Notes: generated by a model not told the origin, from the sequence alone. A stretch of DNA of 64,000 nucleotides from an uncultured Alphaproteobacteria bacterium (GCA_943787225.1 CALSLP010000003.1:140797-204796); one strand, 5' to 3'. Shown: positions 21,763-32,272, numbered from the stretch's first letter. Numbers and translations are program-made.

Positions 21763-22695
21763 CTATTCAGCCGCCGCGTGCGCGCCCTGCTGAACTTCCA
21801 TATTAATCAACTCAGCCGCTTCATCCGTTTCCGCCAGCATGCCCCAGCTTTTGATCCAGGCAGCGGTCCGGTCAGCTTCCTCTTGCGGAATAGGCGCCGG
21901 ATCAACAACCACAACACGGGATTCCATCAAATCACTGACATCCATTGCGGCGATCCGAGGGTCCTTGTCTTTGTAGTAGTCCAGGAAGTAATGCATGTAA
22001 GCAGAACGATCCGCGTTGATGCGTCTTACCGCTTCCTTTACCGCCCGGTTGAACTTCGTATAGGTTTCGGTATCGACCTTGTCGGAGGCCACTTCAGTGC
22101 CATGCAGGAATGACGACGTAACCAGACGGCAGCCTTCCTTCTCGGCCAACGAGGCATAGGGCTCTGTCAGACAGGTCGCTTCATATTCTCCCGCCATCAA
22201 GGATTCAAAACGGAAACGCGAACCGTTCGGGGCCTTCACCAGTTTGATCTGCTCACGCTTCATAAAGCCTTCAAGCATATGCAGAATGAGATAATGGGTG
22301 CCAAAAAAGAACGGTGCGCCGATATCCTTATCAACCAGCTGCTGTGCCGTATAAACTTCTGAGTCCGGACGGACATACAACCCGGCAAAGCACACGATGG
22401 CCCGGCGGCCAAGCTGACGACCACCTTGCCCGGTATCCTGAACGCGACAATAGTTACCCCATTCGCAGGCGTTATACATATCGGCTTTACCCTCTTCGAA
22501 GAGCTTGCCATGACTGGCAAATGGATTGACGCCTTCCGGGCTCGTCACGTCCTTCTGGACTGTTTTATCGACGCCCTTTTCGCGATCCGCCCATTCGATT
22601 GTTATTCCTTCTTTTTCGAAAAGACCTTCACGATCCGCTACGAGCTCTGCCAGCCCCTGAAACGGCGCTGTTGTTTCTAAAACCAACTTCTTCAT
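21763..22695 (-). CDS. NMT1/THI5-like cytoplasmic protein, paralog B
   Basis: Roughly 65-70% identical by eye to paralogs A and C. AGGGAGG RBS before the MKKLVLETTAPF start. The ORF track extends 12 codons further upstream. Confidence 0.6.
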   Translation of the reverse strand: MKKLVLETTAPFQGLAELVADREGLFEKEGITIEWADREKGVDKTVQKDVTSPEGVNPFASHGKLFEEGKADMYNACEWGNYCRVQDTGQGGRQLGRRAIVCFAGLYVRPDSEVYTAQQLVDKDIGAPFFFGTHYLILHMLEGFMKREQIKLVKAPNGSRFRFESLMAGEYEATCLTEPYASLAEKEGCRLVTSSFLHGTEVASDKVDTETYTKFNRAVKEAVRRINADRSAYMHYFLDYYKDKDPRIAAMDVSDLMESRVVVVDPAPIPQEEADRTAAWIKSWGMLAETDEAAELINMEVQQGAHAAAE

Positions 22696-22766
22696 AACAA
22701 CCTCCCTGTAAAGGCGAATGGGTGGAGACATGCGCCCCCACCCATAATTCGAAGTAGCGTCAACTA

Positions 22767-23702
22767 TTATTCAGCCGCGGCGTGGGCGCCTTCTTGAACT
22801 TCCATATTGACCAAATCCGTATGATCGTCGGTCTCGGTCAACATGCCCCAGCTCTTGATCCAGTCGGCTGTGCGGGCCAGTTCATCGGCAGGAATCGGCG
22901 CCGGGTCGACAACCACGATGCGGCTGGCCTGCAGATCAGCAATTGTCAGCTCACCAATGTCGGGGTCTTTGTCCTTATGACAATCGATGAAGTATTGGAG
23001 ATACTTGGCCTTGTCGGCATTGATCCGAATAACGGCCTCTTTAACTGCACGGTTGAACTTGGCATAGGTCTCGGTGTCGACCTTGTCCGATGCCACTTCC
23101 GTGCCGTGATAGAATGCCGTCGCAACAACCCGGCAACCATTCTTCTCGGCCAGAGACAAATAAGGCTCAGTGAGCGTTGTCGCCTCCAGCTGACCTGACA
23201 TCATGGCGTCATAGCGCATACGGGAGCCGTTCGGCGCACTGCAGACATTGATCTGATCGCGCGGCAGGAAACCTTCCAGCATATGCAAAGCGAGATAATG
23301 CGTTCCAAAATAGAACGGTACACCAACCAGTTTGCCGGCCAGCTGCTGTGGTGTGTAAACGTCCGACTCTGCGCGGACGACGAGACCGGCAAAAGTCACA
23401 ATGGCACGGCGACCAATCTGACGACCGGATTGTACACTGGTGTCCTGTACGCGGCAGTAGTTACCCCATTCACAGGCGTTATACATATCCGCCTTACCCT
23501 GTTCGAACAGCTTGCCATGGCTCGAATGGGGATCCAGCTCATCAGGGCGGGTGATATCGGTACGAACCTCTTTCTTGACGCCCGCGTCGCGATCCACCCA
23601 TTCGATATGAATGCCTTCCTTTTCAAACAGGCCTTCTTTATCGGCAACGAGCTCTGCAAGTCCCTGGAAAGGCGCTGTATTTTCAAGTCTTAGTGTGATC
23701 AT
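22767..23702 (-). CDS. NMT1/THI5-like cytoplasmic protein, paralog C
   Basis: Same conserved blocks as A and B. AGGGGA RBS. First gene of the three-gene array. Confidence 0.6.
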   Translation of the reverse strand: MITLRLENTAPFQGLAELVADKEGLFEKEGIHIEWVDRDAGVKKEVRTDITRPDELDPHSSHGKLFEQGKADMYNACEWGNYCRVQDTSVQSGRQIGRRAIVTFAGLVVRAESDVYTPQQLAGKLVGVPFYFGTHYLALHMLEGFLPRDQINVCSAPNGSRMRYDAMMSGQLEATTLTEPYLSLAEKNGCRVVATAFYHGTEVASDKVDTETYAKFNRAVKEAVIRINADKAKYLQYFIDCHKDKDPDIGELTIADLQASRIVVVDPAPIPADELARTADWIKSWGMLTETDDHTDLVNMEVQEGAHAAAE

Positions 23703-23783
23703 GGTTAAGTCCCCTGTATTAGATCAAAATACTCAGAATTCTACGAATTATTGAATGATGTTAGAGCTATTCTGGCGAACTCA

Positions 23784-23804
23784 ATAGATAATAGCGAATT
23801 CTAT
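23784..23804. promoter_or_regulatory. LysR-type T-N11-A dyad (ATAGA-N11-TCTAT) in the divergent intergenic region
   Basis: Perfect 5-bp inverted half-sites separated by 11 nt, read directly from the sequence between the NMT1-like array and the LysR gene. Confidence 0.35.
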
Positions 23805-23842
23805 TATGTTCTAATTCCATACCCAAATGTTATACTTCAACC

Positions 23843-24742
23843 ATGCGGATGAACCTGAGACAGATCGAAGCTTTCCGCGCCGCGATGGAGTTTGGCTCCG
23901 CCACGGCAGCGAGCGAAGTCCTGCATGTCACGCAACCCGCCGTTAGCCGCCTGCTGGCCGACCTCGAAACCAATGTCGGATTCCAGCTATTTGAGCGCCG
24001 GGCGCGTGGACTTGTTCCAACGCAGGATGCCCACGCGCTCTACGAGGAAGTAAAACGCTCGTTCATCGGTCTGGACCGGATTGGCCAGGTTGCAACCGGT
24101 ATTCGCGAAAAAGCGACCGGCACCGTGCGTGTAATTGCCTTGTCCAAATATGCCGATGGTTTTGTCGCCAGTATCATCGGTCAATTTCTTAAAGATAATC
24201 CCGGCATTATGGTTGAGCTCGAAAGCTCGGGCACCGCTGGCGTGGTCGAAGGCATCGCCTCTCAGACTTACGATGTCGGCATTGCTTCAGCGACGGTATC
24301 CGATGCTTTGATCAAGGCGGAACCGCTCTTTGAAACCAGCGTCTTGGTGGCCATGGGAGCAGACGATCCATTAGCAACTCAAAAGGTTATCAATTTGCGA
24401 GAGCTTAACGGGCGACGCATGGTCGTTCTTCCCGAAGATAGCGAATATGGGTCGGTAATTTGGAAGGCGCTCCGCAAACAGAAGGTCGAGCCCATCGTGG
24501 TCGGCGAAGCGCGCACCCACGCGTCACTTTGCAAAATGGTCGAAGCCGGTGCGGGTATTACCCTCGTGGACCGCACAACCGCCACAGACTTTCCCAATGG
24601 GAATATTGTCTTTCGCCCGACCGCCCCGCCAATAACGCGCGTCGTCGCCACGCTGGTCAATACACGGGTGGCGCAATCAATCGCCACCAATTCATTTCTC
24701 AACGCCTTACGCAACAACGTCCACGACGCGGTAGACAGCTAG
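23843..24742 (+). CDS. LysR family transcriptional regulator
   Basis: N-terminal HTH (LRQIEAFRAAMEFGSATAASEVLHVTQPAVSRLLADLE) plus a substrate-binding domain. Divergent from the NMT1-like array. Confidence 0.85.
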   Translation: MRMNLRQIEAFRAAMEFGSATAASEVLHVTQPAVSRLLADLETNVGFQLFERRARGLVPTQDAHALYEEVKRSFIGLDRIGQVATGIREKATGTVRVIALSKYADGFVASIIGQFLKDNPGIMVELESSGTAGVVEGIASQTYDVGIASATVSDALIKAEPLFETSVLVAMGADDPLATQKVINLRELNGRRMVVLPEDSEYGSVIWKALRKQKVEPIVVGEARTHASLCKMVEAGAGITLVDRTTATDFPNGNIVFRPTAPPITRVVATLVNTRVAQSIATNSFLNALRNNVHDAVDS

Positions 24743-24743
24743 C

Positions 24744-26108
24744 CTAATCCGCCAGGAAATACCCGCTCGTCACAGCATCATGCCATAGCTGAGCAACAGA
24801 CGGTGCTATACCGCTAGGTAGCTCATCTTCCGACCACCAATAGGAATGTACTCCGGCCTGAAAATGGACCAGAGCAGTCTTAGGTGCTGGGTCCATCTCC
24901 GCAAACATCGGCATGACCAGCGATTTATAACTTTCCGCACCGTGGTCGCGGCTATCCTTTGAAACACAAAACAACACGGGCGGCACCGGCTTCACGTCCG
25001 GACCTTCCAATTCACGCCCATAGCTCAGGAACTGTTTGACCAGAGCTTCGGTTTCATCTGTGTCGAGCCCCATCCGCTCGGCGCAAACGCGGGCACCTTC
25101 TTCCAGTGATTCTTCGATATGGGTACTTACCGTGTATTCGCACTTGAATTGAGGTTCCATTTTCGCCCCCTCCCAAGCCGCCATAACTTCCTCCATCAGC
25201 GATGGCAAACGCATCAACGCGACGGGCCCATCCTGACCAAGTTTCTCCGGACCGATGTAGCGCGCTTTGTCCCGCCAGGTCCGGATATAAAGCTCAAAGA
25301 ACGGATCAGTACGTTTGGTTTCGGTGACGACTTTCTCAAAATCACCAATTGCGCCGAGAGAGCCCTGTTTAGCCAGCTTGGCTTTATTGATATAGCCAAA
25401 GGCGGAATTCTCCACCGCCATAACACCGGCGACGTTTGGCACTCGCTGCGAAAGCATAAAGACGAATGGTCCGCCAGTTGAGTGGCCATGTACATAGATA
25501 GAATACTCGTCTTCGGGCATGTTCCGCGCCATCGCCTCAATTCCGCCGCGTTCAAATGCTGCTGGCCAACCCGCCATGCGGTACCAGAATGTACTCCCAG
25601 GCTTGGCATGCAAGACGGTGCGCGTGCCATAACGTTCACTAAGCGACGTGTCGGTGATGACCTCATACTGGTCGGGCATAATATGTTCGCCGGTCAACCA
25701 TTGCGGTGTGCGGATTGTCCCATCTGCATTGATCGTATCTCTCGGCCAGTGCCGTGACGCATCATCGAGATAGAGCCGCCCAGGATAGGTCATGGTTGTG
25801 ACTTTAAATCCAAACTTACCGCACAGCAGCTTGGCGACCGGCGCCATGGTTTTAAAATCACCATCACCGCCGGATAGCAGATAGACGCCGATTTTTTTAC
25901 CATCAGCGCCGATTGCTATCTTTGATGGGTCGGACGGTTCATAGATCTGCGCGCCGATATCCCATTCCATTCCGACGGCTTCAATGCGGAACAGATCCTC
26001 ATGTTCGGTGAAAGGAATGTCAGGCCGCGCCGCAATGTTGTCTGACTCCGCGACACATTGCGCGCGTTCTATTTCCTCGGGCGGTGTCCAGTTCTTGCTG
26101 TCTGCCAT
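24744..26108 (-). CDS. alpha/beta-hydrolase-like protein of unknown family (454 aa)
   Basis: Nucleophile-elbow GHSTGG (VHGHSTGGPFVF). No further family recognised. Confidence 0.5.
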   Translation of the reverse strand: MADSKNWTPPEEIERAQCVAESDNIAARPDIPFTEHEDLFRIEAVGMEWDIGAQIYEPSDPSKIAIGADGKKIGVYLLSGGDGDFKTMAPVAKLLCGKFGFKVTTMTYPGRLYLDDASRHWPRDTINADGTIRTPQWLTGEHIMPDQYEVITDTSLSERYGTRTVLHAKPGSTFWYRMAGWPAAFERGGIEAMARNMPEDEYSIYVHGHSTGGPFVFMLSQRVPNVAGVMAVENSAFGYINKAKLAKQGSLGAIGDFEKVVTETKRTDPFFELYIRTWRDKARYIGPEKLGQDGPVALMRLPSLMEEVMAAWEGAKMEPQFKCEYTVSTHIEESLEEGARVCAERMGLDTDETEALVKQFLSYGRELEGPDVKPVPPVLFCVSKDSRDHGAESYKSLVMPMFAEMDPAPKTALVHFQAGVHSYWWSEDELPSGIAPSVAQLWHDAVTSGYFLAD

Positions 26109-26148
26109 GGTCGTCTACCTGAGTTTTTCATTTTTCTAAATTTTGTAT

Positions 26149-27063
26149 TTATAGTCCGATTTGCGCCAGCAGCGCTTTGGTACACGGCTCGTCCGGATAA
26201 ATCAGGTCCGGCATTGAGGCGAAATGATGCTTGCCAGCGAATTCCATAGTCTGACACGGCCAGCCGCGGGACTGCCAGGCAATCCGATAGAGATCAGATT
26301 GGCGTTTAAACTCATCCGTTTCATTCTCGCCCCACGCGATGATGATCGGGCACGGAATTTTCGGCAGGTGATGCACCGGGCTGTTACGATAGGCCGCTTC
26401 CTTGTCGAGGTTGGCCCATTCATTAACGTTGGAAAGCCGCACCGGCTCCAGGTCGAACAAACCGGACAGCGCACAGGCGCTTTTGATTAGATCGTCCGGT
26501 AAACCGAAATCCTCACGCCAGCCATCAGCCAGCATCATCCCGGTAAGATGGCCTCCTGCTGAGCGGCCAACCACATGGACGTTATTAGGATCGCCATTAA
26601 AGCTCGCGGCATTTTTATAAGCCCAGGCCAACCCGGCGCGGCACTGACGCACGATTTCATCAATCGTCGCCTCCGGCGCCAGAAGATAATTCACGGAGAC
26701 ATAGGCGCAGCCGGCAGGCACCAGCGCCTCGGCATACAAATCGACATCTTTCTGACTTGATGATCGCCAGTATCCGCCATGAATAAAATAGACAATCGGT
26801 GAGCCGGGCTTCTCCGCGGGAAAGACATTCACCACTTCCGCCGCAGTCGGACCGTAGGGTACATCTATCCGGCATTCCATCTCATCACGCACCCGCGCGC
26901 TGTTTTCAGAAATGAAGTTGCGATACTTGTCGCCATCAGGAGCGGTACCGCGCGCGCTATACTGAACGTTTAGTTCAGCCTGCGTGTAATCACGGTACAC
27001 GCATTTCGATTTGAAAAACTTGTTGTTCTCACTTGTCGACACAGCGGAGCCTCCCTCACACAA
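26149..27063 (-). CDS. alpha/beta hydrolase fold-3 esterase/arylformamidase-like
   Basis: HGGYW oxyanion motif and GRSAGGHL nucleophile elbow. Confidence 0.7.
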   Translation of the reverse strand: MCEGGSAVSTSENNKFFKSKCVYRDYTQAELNVQYSARGTAPDGDKYRNFISENSARVRDEMECRIDVPYGPTAAEVVNVFPAEKPGSPIVYFIHGGYWRSSSQKDVDLYAEALVPAGCAYVSVNYLLAPEATIDEIVRQCRAGLAWAYKNAASFNGDPNNVHVVGRSAGGHLTGMMLADGWREDFGLPDDLIKSACALSGLFDLEPVRLSNVNEWANLDKEAAYRNSPVHHLPKIPCPIIIAWGENETDEFKRQSDLYRIAWQSRGWPCQTMEFAGKHHFASMPDLIYPDEPCTKALLAQIGL

Positions 27064-27114
27064 AACCTTAAAGAAGTTTAGCAGGCCGTATCGCCAAGCG
27101 CGACCAATGTCCTT

Positions 27115-28290
27115 CCCCCCTAAAACTGGGCCATTATTTTGGCATGGAAAGGGGATTTGTGATGGCTCGGAAACGACATTCGGACGAGGACATACTGAAG
27201 CTGCTGCGTGAGATTGAAGTGAAGTTGTCGAACGGCAGCGACGTAGCGTCGGCGTGTCGTGGCGTGGGTATCAGCGACGCTACGTATTATAACTGGCGCA
27301 AGCGGTTTGGCGGGATGGGTCGGTCGCAGTTGTCGGAGATGCGTTCTCTCGAGAAGGAGAATACGCGGTTGAAGAAGATTGTGGCTGAGCTCGAACTGGA
27401 CAAGCTGATCCTCAAGGAAAGCCTGAGCTACCTAAAGCCCAGGGCCTGACGACCGAGCATCTTCGTCAGGCCGTTATCCATACACGCCAGAAGCTTGCTA
27501 CGTCGGAGCGACGGACCTGCCGGGTTATTGGTCTGGCCCGCAGTTCCCTGCAATATCGACCAGATCCCAAAGATGACAATGCTCTGCGGTTGGCACTGAT
27601 CCGGCTGGCGAAGCAGTATGGGCGCTACGGTTATCGCAAGATTGCCGTCCTGCTGCGTATCGAAGGGTGGAAGGTGAACCACAAGAAGGTTGAGCGGATC
27701 TGGCGCGAAGAAGGACTTCAGCTGCCGCAACGAGACAAGAAGCGCCGGCGGCTCTATCACAAGGACAGCTCGATCATTCGGTTGCGGCCAACCCATCCCA
27801 ATCACGTCTGGGCCATCGACTTCGTGCACGACAAGCTCGACAACGGTCGGAGCTACAAGATGCTGACTGTCCTGGACGAGTACACCCGCCAGGTGCTGGC
27901 TGTGACGGTTCGCACCCGGATGAGGGCTGACGATGTGCTTGAGGCGCTATACCCACTCCTGCTGCGCCACGGCACCCCGGAATACATCCGCTCGGACAAT
28001 GGTCCCGAGTTCATCGCACAGGCGATGCAGGACTGGCTGGCAAGGGTCGGCATCAAACCCATCCGGATCTATCCCGGATCACCCTGGGAGAACGGATACA
28101 ACGAACGCTTCAACGGAACCCTGCGCCGCGAGGTTCTCAATGCCGAGTGGTTCACCACGACTAAGCAGGCTCAGATCGTCATCAACCAGTGGCTCAGACA
28201 GTACAACCACATCCGTCCACATCAGGCACTGAACATGCGACCGCCAATACCAGAAACTCTAATCAGGAATGGCACAGAACTTGGGGGCTA
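27115..28290 (+). mobile_element. IS3-family insertion sequence (about 1.15 kb), copy 1
   Basis: OrfA (HTH) and orfB (DDE integrase core) lie in a -1 frame relationship. Imperfect terminal inverted repeats (CTGgGCCATT / AATGGCaCAG) with TG..CA ends near 27128 and 28277. The boundaries are approximate. Confidence 0.75.
27162..27449 (+). CDS. IS3 family transposase OrfA (HTH)
   Basis: MARKRHSDEDILKLL...ATYYNWRKRF... leucine-zipper tail. Confidence 0.8.
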   Translation: MARKRHSDEDILKLLREIEVKLSNGSDVASACRGVGISDATYYNWRKRFGGMGRSQLSEMRSLEKENTRLKKIVAELELDKLILKESLSYLKPRA

Positions 28291-28291
28291 G
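27590..28291 (+). CDS. IS3 family transposase OrfB (integrase catalytic core, DDE)
   Basis: rve-domain blocks (NHVWAIDFVHDKL...LTVLDEYTRQVL...HGTPEYIRSDNGPEF). The frame is open upstream to about 27422, overlapping orfA in the -1 frame, consistent with an OrfAB fusion by ribosomal frameshift. Confidence 0.8.
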   Translation: MALIRLAKQYGRYGYRKIAVLLRIEGWKVNHKKVERIWREEGLQLPQRDKKRRRLYHKDSSIIRLRPTHPNHVWAIDFVHDKLDNGRSYKMLTVLDEYTRQVLAVTVRTRMRADDVLEALYPLLLRHGTPEYIRSDNGPEFIAQAMQDWLARVGIKPIRIYPGSPWENGYNERFNGTLRREVLNAEWFTTTKQAQIVINQWLRQYNHIRPHQALNMRPPIPETLIRNGTELGG

Positions 28292-28730
28292 ACAGCTCCG
28301 CGCAGCTCACCAGAAAGAGCTGCTCATTCCAGCCTGGGTTCCACACCATGCGCTTTGCCATGCTAGTAATAGAGATCCGCGCCGGCCTGGGGCGGAATTC
28401 CTGCCAATCTTCGGAAGTATCCCGCGCAGATTTAAGCAGGATAAATTCAATACGCGGCGAAGGCGCAATCCTATCAAAGAAACGCCATGAAGGAATTAGA
28501 GCCGGTAAGAGTAGCTTGAAGCTGTGCAGCAAAGTTTCAGGTTTCAGCCGGTGCGGGAGCCACTTATTATTCTTCCTTGCTTCTGAAGATCGATCACGAG
28601 AAAGCGTAAGTAGGGCAATAAGCCGAGTCAACGCCGTTATAAAAACGCTGTAGTACCGCCCTTATCAGTAAGATTAGGACCGATAAGTATTCTCTGTGGT
28701 TTCCGCACGCGATCCATCTTCATTAAACAG

Positions 28731-28753
28731 GGGTTGCATATGCAACCCTGCTT
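28731..28753 (-). terminator. near-perfect palindrome (CAGGGGTTGCATATGCAACCCTG) immediately downstream of the tRNA 3′ end
   Basis: Stem-loop followed by a TTTAATG stretch on the minus strand. Plausible tRNA transcript terminator. Confidence 0.35.
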
Positions 28754-28795
28754 CCGCGCAGGACCCGTTTCATCAAAATATCTTTAAAGGAAAAA

Positions 28796-28872
28796 TGGTA
28801 GCGGGAGAGGGACTTGAACCCCCGACACGCGGATTATGATTCCGCTGCTCTAACCAGCTGAGCTACCCCGCC
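28796..28872 (-). tRNA. tRNA-Met (anticodon CAT), 77 nt; a lysidine-modified tRNA-Ile cannot be excluded
   Basis: Reverse complement reads GGCGGGGTAGCTCAGCTGGTTAGAGCAGCGGAATCATAATCCGCGTGTCGGGGGTTCAAGTCCCTCTCCCGCTACCA. It has a cloverleaf with a CAT anticodon and an encoded CCA end. Confidence 0.85.
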
Positions 28873-28930
28873 ACATTTTGGGTATCCGAGAACGAGCCGT
28901 ATAGGACTTCCGGCCCCTACTCGTCAAGTA

Positions 28931-30058
28931 TTACGCGGCCTCAATTGCAGATTTTTCACGCTGTATCCAACCACCGCCAAGCACCCTCTCGCCGTCATAG
29001 AAGACACAGGCCTGTCCCGGCGCCACACCATGCTCGGCAGCGGCCAGGTCGACAGTCGCGGCACCATCACCTGTCAGGCGCACAGAAGCCACAACAGGCG
29101 GCCGCATAGAGCGAACTTTGACCTCGCATTCGATGACTTTGCCGACGGTGATGTCACCGCCCAGCCAATTCACGTTATTGAGGTGAACCGTGGTGATTGC
29201 CAGCGCCTCACGCGGGCCGACGATGACCTGTTTGGCATCGGGATCTATCCGAATGACATAAAGCGCCTCCTCTGCTGCATCGAGATGCAGCCCACGGCGC
29301 TGGCCAATCGTGTAATGAATAATGCCATCATGCTGGCCCAGCACGTTGCCATCAAGATCAACAATGTCGCCCGCCTTTGCCGCATCCGGCCGTATCTTGA
29401 GAACGACATCGGCATAACGGCCCTGCGGCACGAAACAGATATCCTGGCTATCAGGCTTTGCCGCGACCGGTAGATCAAAGCGTGACGCCAGCTTGCGGGT
29501 TTCGTCCTTGGTCAGCTCACCCAGCGGAAAACGCAGATAATCGAGTTGCTCACCTGTCGTCGCGAACAGGAAATAGCTTTGATCCTTACTCTCATCAGCG
29601 GCACGATGAAGCTCCACGCCGCCCTCGGTCTCCACACGTCGGATATAGTGCCCCGTCGCCAGCGCATCAGCACCGAGATCATGCGCCACACCCAGGAGGT
29701 CGCGGAATTTGACAGTCTGATTACACAGCACGCAGGGTATGGGGGTTTCACCCCGCACATAGGCATCGGCAAAGACATCGATGACTTCTTCACGGAACCG
29801 GCTCTCATAGTTGAGGACGTAATGCGGAATACCAATGCTCTCAGCGACCCGGCCGGCATCGGCAATATCCTGCCCCGCGCAGCAGGCACCTTTGCGGCTG
29901 ACCGCCGCGCCATGGTCATAGAGCTGCAGCGTCACACCAACGACGTCATAGCCTTGCTCTGCCAGCAAGGCAGCCGTCACTGACGAATCCACGCCGCCAG
30001 ACATGGCAACGACGATCCGCGTATCCGCCGGGGCTTTATTGGTCACCAGAGTGTTCAT
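28931..30058 (-). CDS. mnmA: tRNA-specific 2-thiouridylase MnmA
   Basis: PP-loop SGGVDSS motif and conserved MnmA blocks. Confidence 0.9.
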   Translation of the reverse strand: MNTLVTNKAPADTRIVVAMSGGVDSSVTAALLAEQGYDVVGVTLQLYDHGAAVSRKGACCAGQDIADAGRVAESIGIPHYVLNYESRFREEVIDVFADAYVRGETPIPCVLCNQTVKFRDLLGVAHDLGADALATGHYIRRVETEGGVELHRAADESKDQSYFLFATTGEQLDYLRFPLGELTKDETRKLASRFDLPVAAKPDSQDICFVPQGRYADVVLKIRPDAAKAGDIVDLDGNVLGQHDGIIHYTIGQRRGLHLDAAEEALYVIRIDPDAKQVIVGPREALAITTVHLNNVNWLGGDITVGKVIECEVKVRSMRPPVVASVRLTGDGAATVDLAAAEHGVAPGQACVFYDGERVLGGGWIQREKSAIEAA

Positions 30059-30120
30059 GCGGCGGAATATAGAGTGCCACAGGCTCAGGGAAAGGATTTT
30101 TTTAGGGGCAGGGCGACGGA

Positions 30121-30453
30121 TTAGCCGTCGAGCAGATTACGCGTCTCTGTTGGGAGGCTGACAACGAGCCCATCCAGGGCGTCGGTGACAGTGATCTGGC
30201 AGCCTAAACGGGAGGTTTCGGAGAGTCCCCAGGCGAGATCGAGCATTTCCTCTTCCTCTATGCCAGGGTCGGCAAGCTTACCAATCCAGTCCGGATCGAC
30301 AATCACATGACAGGTTGAACAGGCCATCACGCCCCCACAAGCTCCTTCAACATCGAGACCATTATCCCACGCGACCTCAAGCAGGGATTTGCCCTCTTCA
30401 ACCGTGAAATCACGGCGGGCCCCATCTGCGAGAACAAAGGTCACTACTGGCAT
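30121..30453 (-). CDS. 2Fe-2S ferredoxin (adrenodoxin-type)
   Basis: Cys pattern C-x5-C-x2-C ... C ([12 protein letters not shown] ... LGCQ). Confidence 0.8.
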   Translation of the reverse strand: MPVVTFVLADGARRDFTVEEGKSLLEVAWDNGLDVEGACGGVMACSTCHVIVDPDWIGKLADPGIEEEEMLDLAWGLSETSRLGCQITVTDALDGLVVSLPTETRNLLDG

Positions 30454-30461
30454 TTTAGCCT

Positions 30462-31571
30462 CTAGCTTTTGCCAAGCTTGCGATCATGGAGTTTCTGCCA
30501 GCCGGCGATAAAGCCGTCGATGTCTGCCGGCGTCGTTGTCCAGCCAAGGCTGATCCGCACGGCACAAAGGCCTATTTCATCGGGTATGCCCATCGCCGCG
30601 AGAACGTAGGGCGTCTCAACCCGCCCCGCCGAACAGGCTGAACCAGCGCTGATTGACGCCCCATCGAGATCGAGCCCCATAACCTGAACCTCACTGGTAA
30701 GGCCTTTGGTCGCGAACTTCGATGTATTGGGCAGCCGATCGAGACCTTTGCCAAAAATGACGGCAGAAGGCTCAATGGCGAGAACATGTTCTTCAAGCGC
30801 ATCACGCAAATTGGCCAAAGCGCCGAAATCATTCAACCCGGCCAAGGCGCATTCTGCGGCAACGCCATAGCCAACAATACCCGGGACATTCTCTGTCCCT
30901 GCCCGCAGGCCACTCTCCTGACCACCACCATGGACAAATCTCGGCATCATGGAGGGCGTTTTGCAAATTAACGCGCCCACACCTTGCGGCCCACCTATCT
31001 TGTGGGCCGAAAGCGCCATGCTATCGACGCCAAGCGCCTTCATGTCGACAGGGATTTTACCGGCGGCTTGCACCGCATCGCAATGGAACAGCGCACCGGC
31101 ATTATGAGCCAGCTGCGTTGCTTCTGCGACCGGCTGCACGATACCGGTTTCATTATTGGCCAGCATGATCGACACCATCGTCGACTTTTCGCTTTCCTCC
31201 AATAGCCTCGCCAAAGCGTCTAAATCTACGAGCCCTTCTGGGGTAACCGGACACACAACCGCGTCAGGCCGGGCCTGCAAGACAGATTCATGTTCAACCG
31301 CCGAAACAATGATGCGTTCGATGTTGTCGCAGCGCAGGGCCTGGTTATTGGATTCTGTCCCGCTACCGGTAAAAATGACACCGGTAGCATCGGCGCCAAC
31401 CAGCGTGGCAACATGCTGACGTGCCTTTTCAACACGAGCGCGCGCCGCTCGTCCATCGGCATGGACGGAAGAGGCGTTGCCACCTTCTCGCATCGCCTCG
31501 GCGACCGCATCAATGACTTCCGGCCTGGTTGGCGCGGTTGCGTTAAAATCCAGATAACTGCGGGAAGTCAC
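30462..31571 (-). CDS. cysteine desulfurase (NifS/IscS family)
   Basis: PLP-lysine region (SAHKIGGPQGVGAL) and the catalytic Cys loop (SAGSACS). Confidence 0.85.
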   Translation of the reverse strand: MTSRSYLDFNATAPTRPEVIDAVAEAMREGGNASSVHADGRAARARVEKARQHVATLVGADATGVIFTGSGTESNNQALRCDNIERIIVSAVEHESVLQARPDAVVCPVTPEGLVDLDALARLLEESEKSTMVSIMLANNETGIVQPVAEATQLAHNAGALFHCDAVQAAGKIPVDMKALGVDSMALSAHKIGGPQGVGALICKTPSMMPRFVHGGGQESGLRAGTENVPGIVGYGVAAECALAGLNDFGALANLRDALEEHVLAIEPSAVIFGKGLDRLPNTSKFATKGLTSEVQVMGLDLDGASISAGSACSAGRVETPYVLAAMGIPDEIGLCAVRISLGWTTTPADIDGFIAGWQKLHDRKLGKS

Positions 31572-31586
31572 GCGCGTCCGATATCG

Positions 31587-32039
31587 TTAACTGGCTGCAG
31601 CGCGACGCGCGGCAACCTGCAAGTCTGATTGCCCAGCAGGCTCAATACGGCGTTCGCAAACATCTGCAACTGAGATAGAGCTGAGAAAACCGAATACCTG
31701 GTTCCCCAAAGCTTCCCACAAGGCCACTGTTTCTGATCCATCGTTTGCGCTTTTGGACGCAGATTTGCGTTCACGTGTTGTCGGCACCTCAACGGCAGCA
31801 ATAATATCCGAAACTAGGATTTTATCTGCGGTTCTGCTCAGCATATAGCCGCCACCGGGACCACGGACGCTCTTAACGAGCCCGGCACGCCGTAATTTGG
31901 CAAATAGCTGCTCAAGATATGACAAGGAAATTTCGTGGAGGCTCGCAATATCTGCCAAAGGCATCGGCATTCTCTTATCCTGCTGGGCCAAAAATATCAC
32001 GGCAGTGACTGCGTATCTTCCCTTACTACCCACTCTCAT
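31587..32039 (-). CDS. Rrf2-family transcriptional regulator (IscR-like)
   Basis: N-terminal Rrf2 HTH (KGRYAVTAVIFLAQQ...SLSYLEQLFAKLRRAGLVKSVRGPGGGY). Confidence 0.8.
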   Translation of the reverse strand: MRVGSKGRYAVTAVIFLAQQDKRMPMPLADIASLHEISLSYLEQLFAKLRRAGLVKSVRGPGGGYMLSRTADKILVSDIIAAVEVPTTRERKSASKSANDGSETVALWEALGNQVFGFLSSISVADVCERRIEPAGQSDLQVAARRAAAS

Positions 32040-32272
32040 AACGCCTAATTATCCTCACTTAATGTACGAAATTTAAAACTAAAACCAAATATTTTAGGGC
32101 CCTGTTATCGAGAAGCTTGTATTTTGATGGCGCTATTCACTATATTCGCGCGCTTAATGCTTATTGGCTTATTCGAGTTAATTTGCGCCGGGAATGTATG
32201 TGGCCCAACCGGGTGCGTCAATAACCGGTTTGTGCTCTAGCCGGTATAATTTTTCCAGGAGATTTCTTCTTC

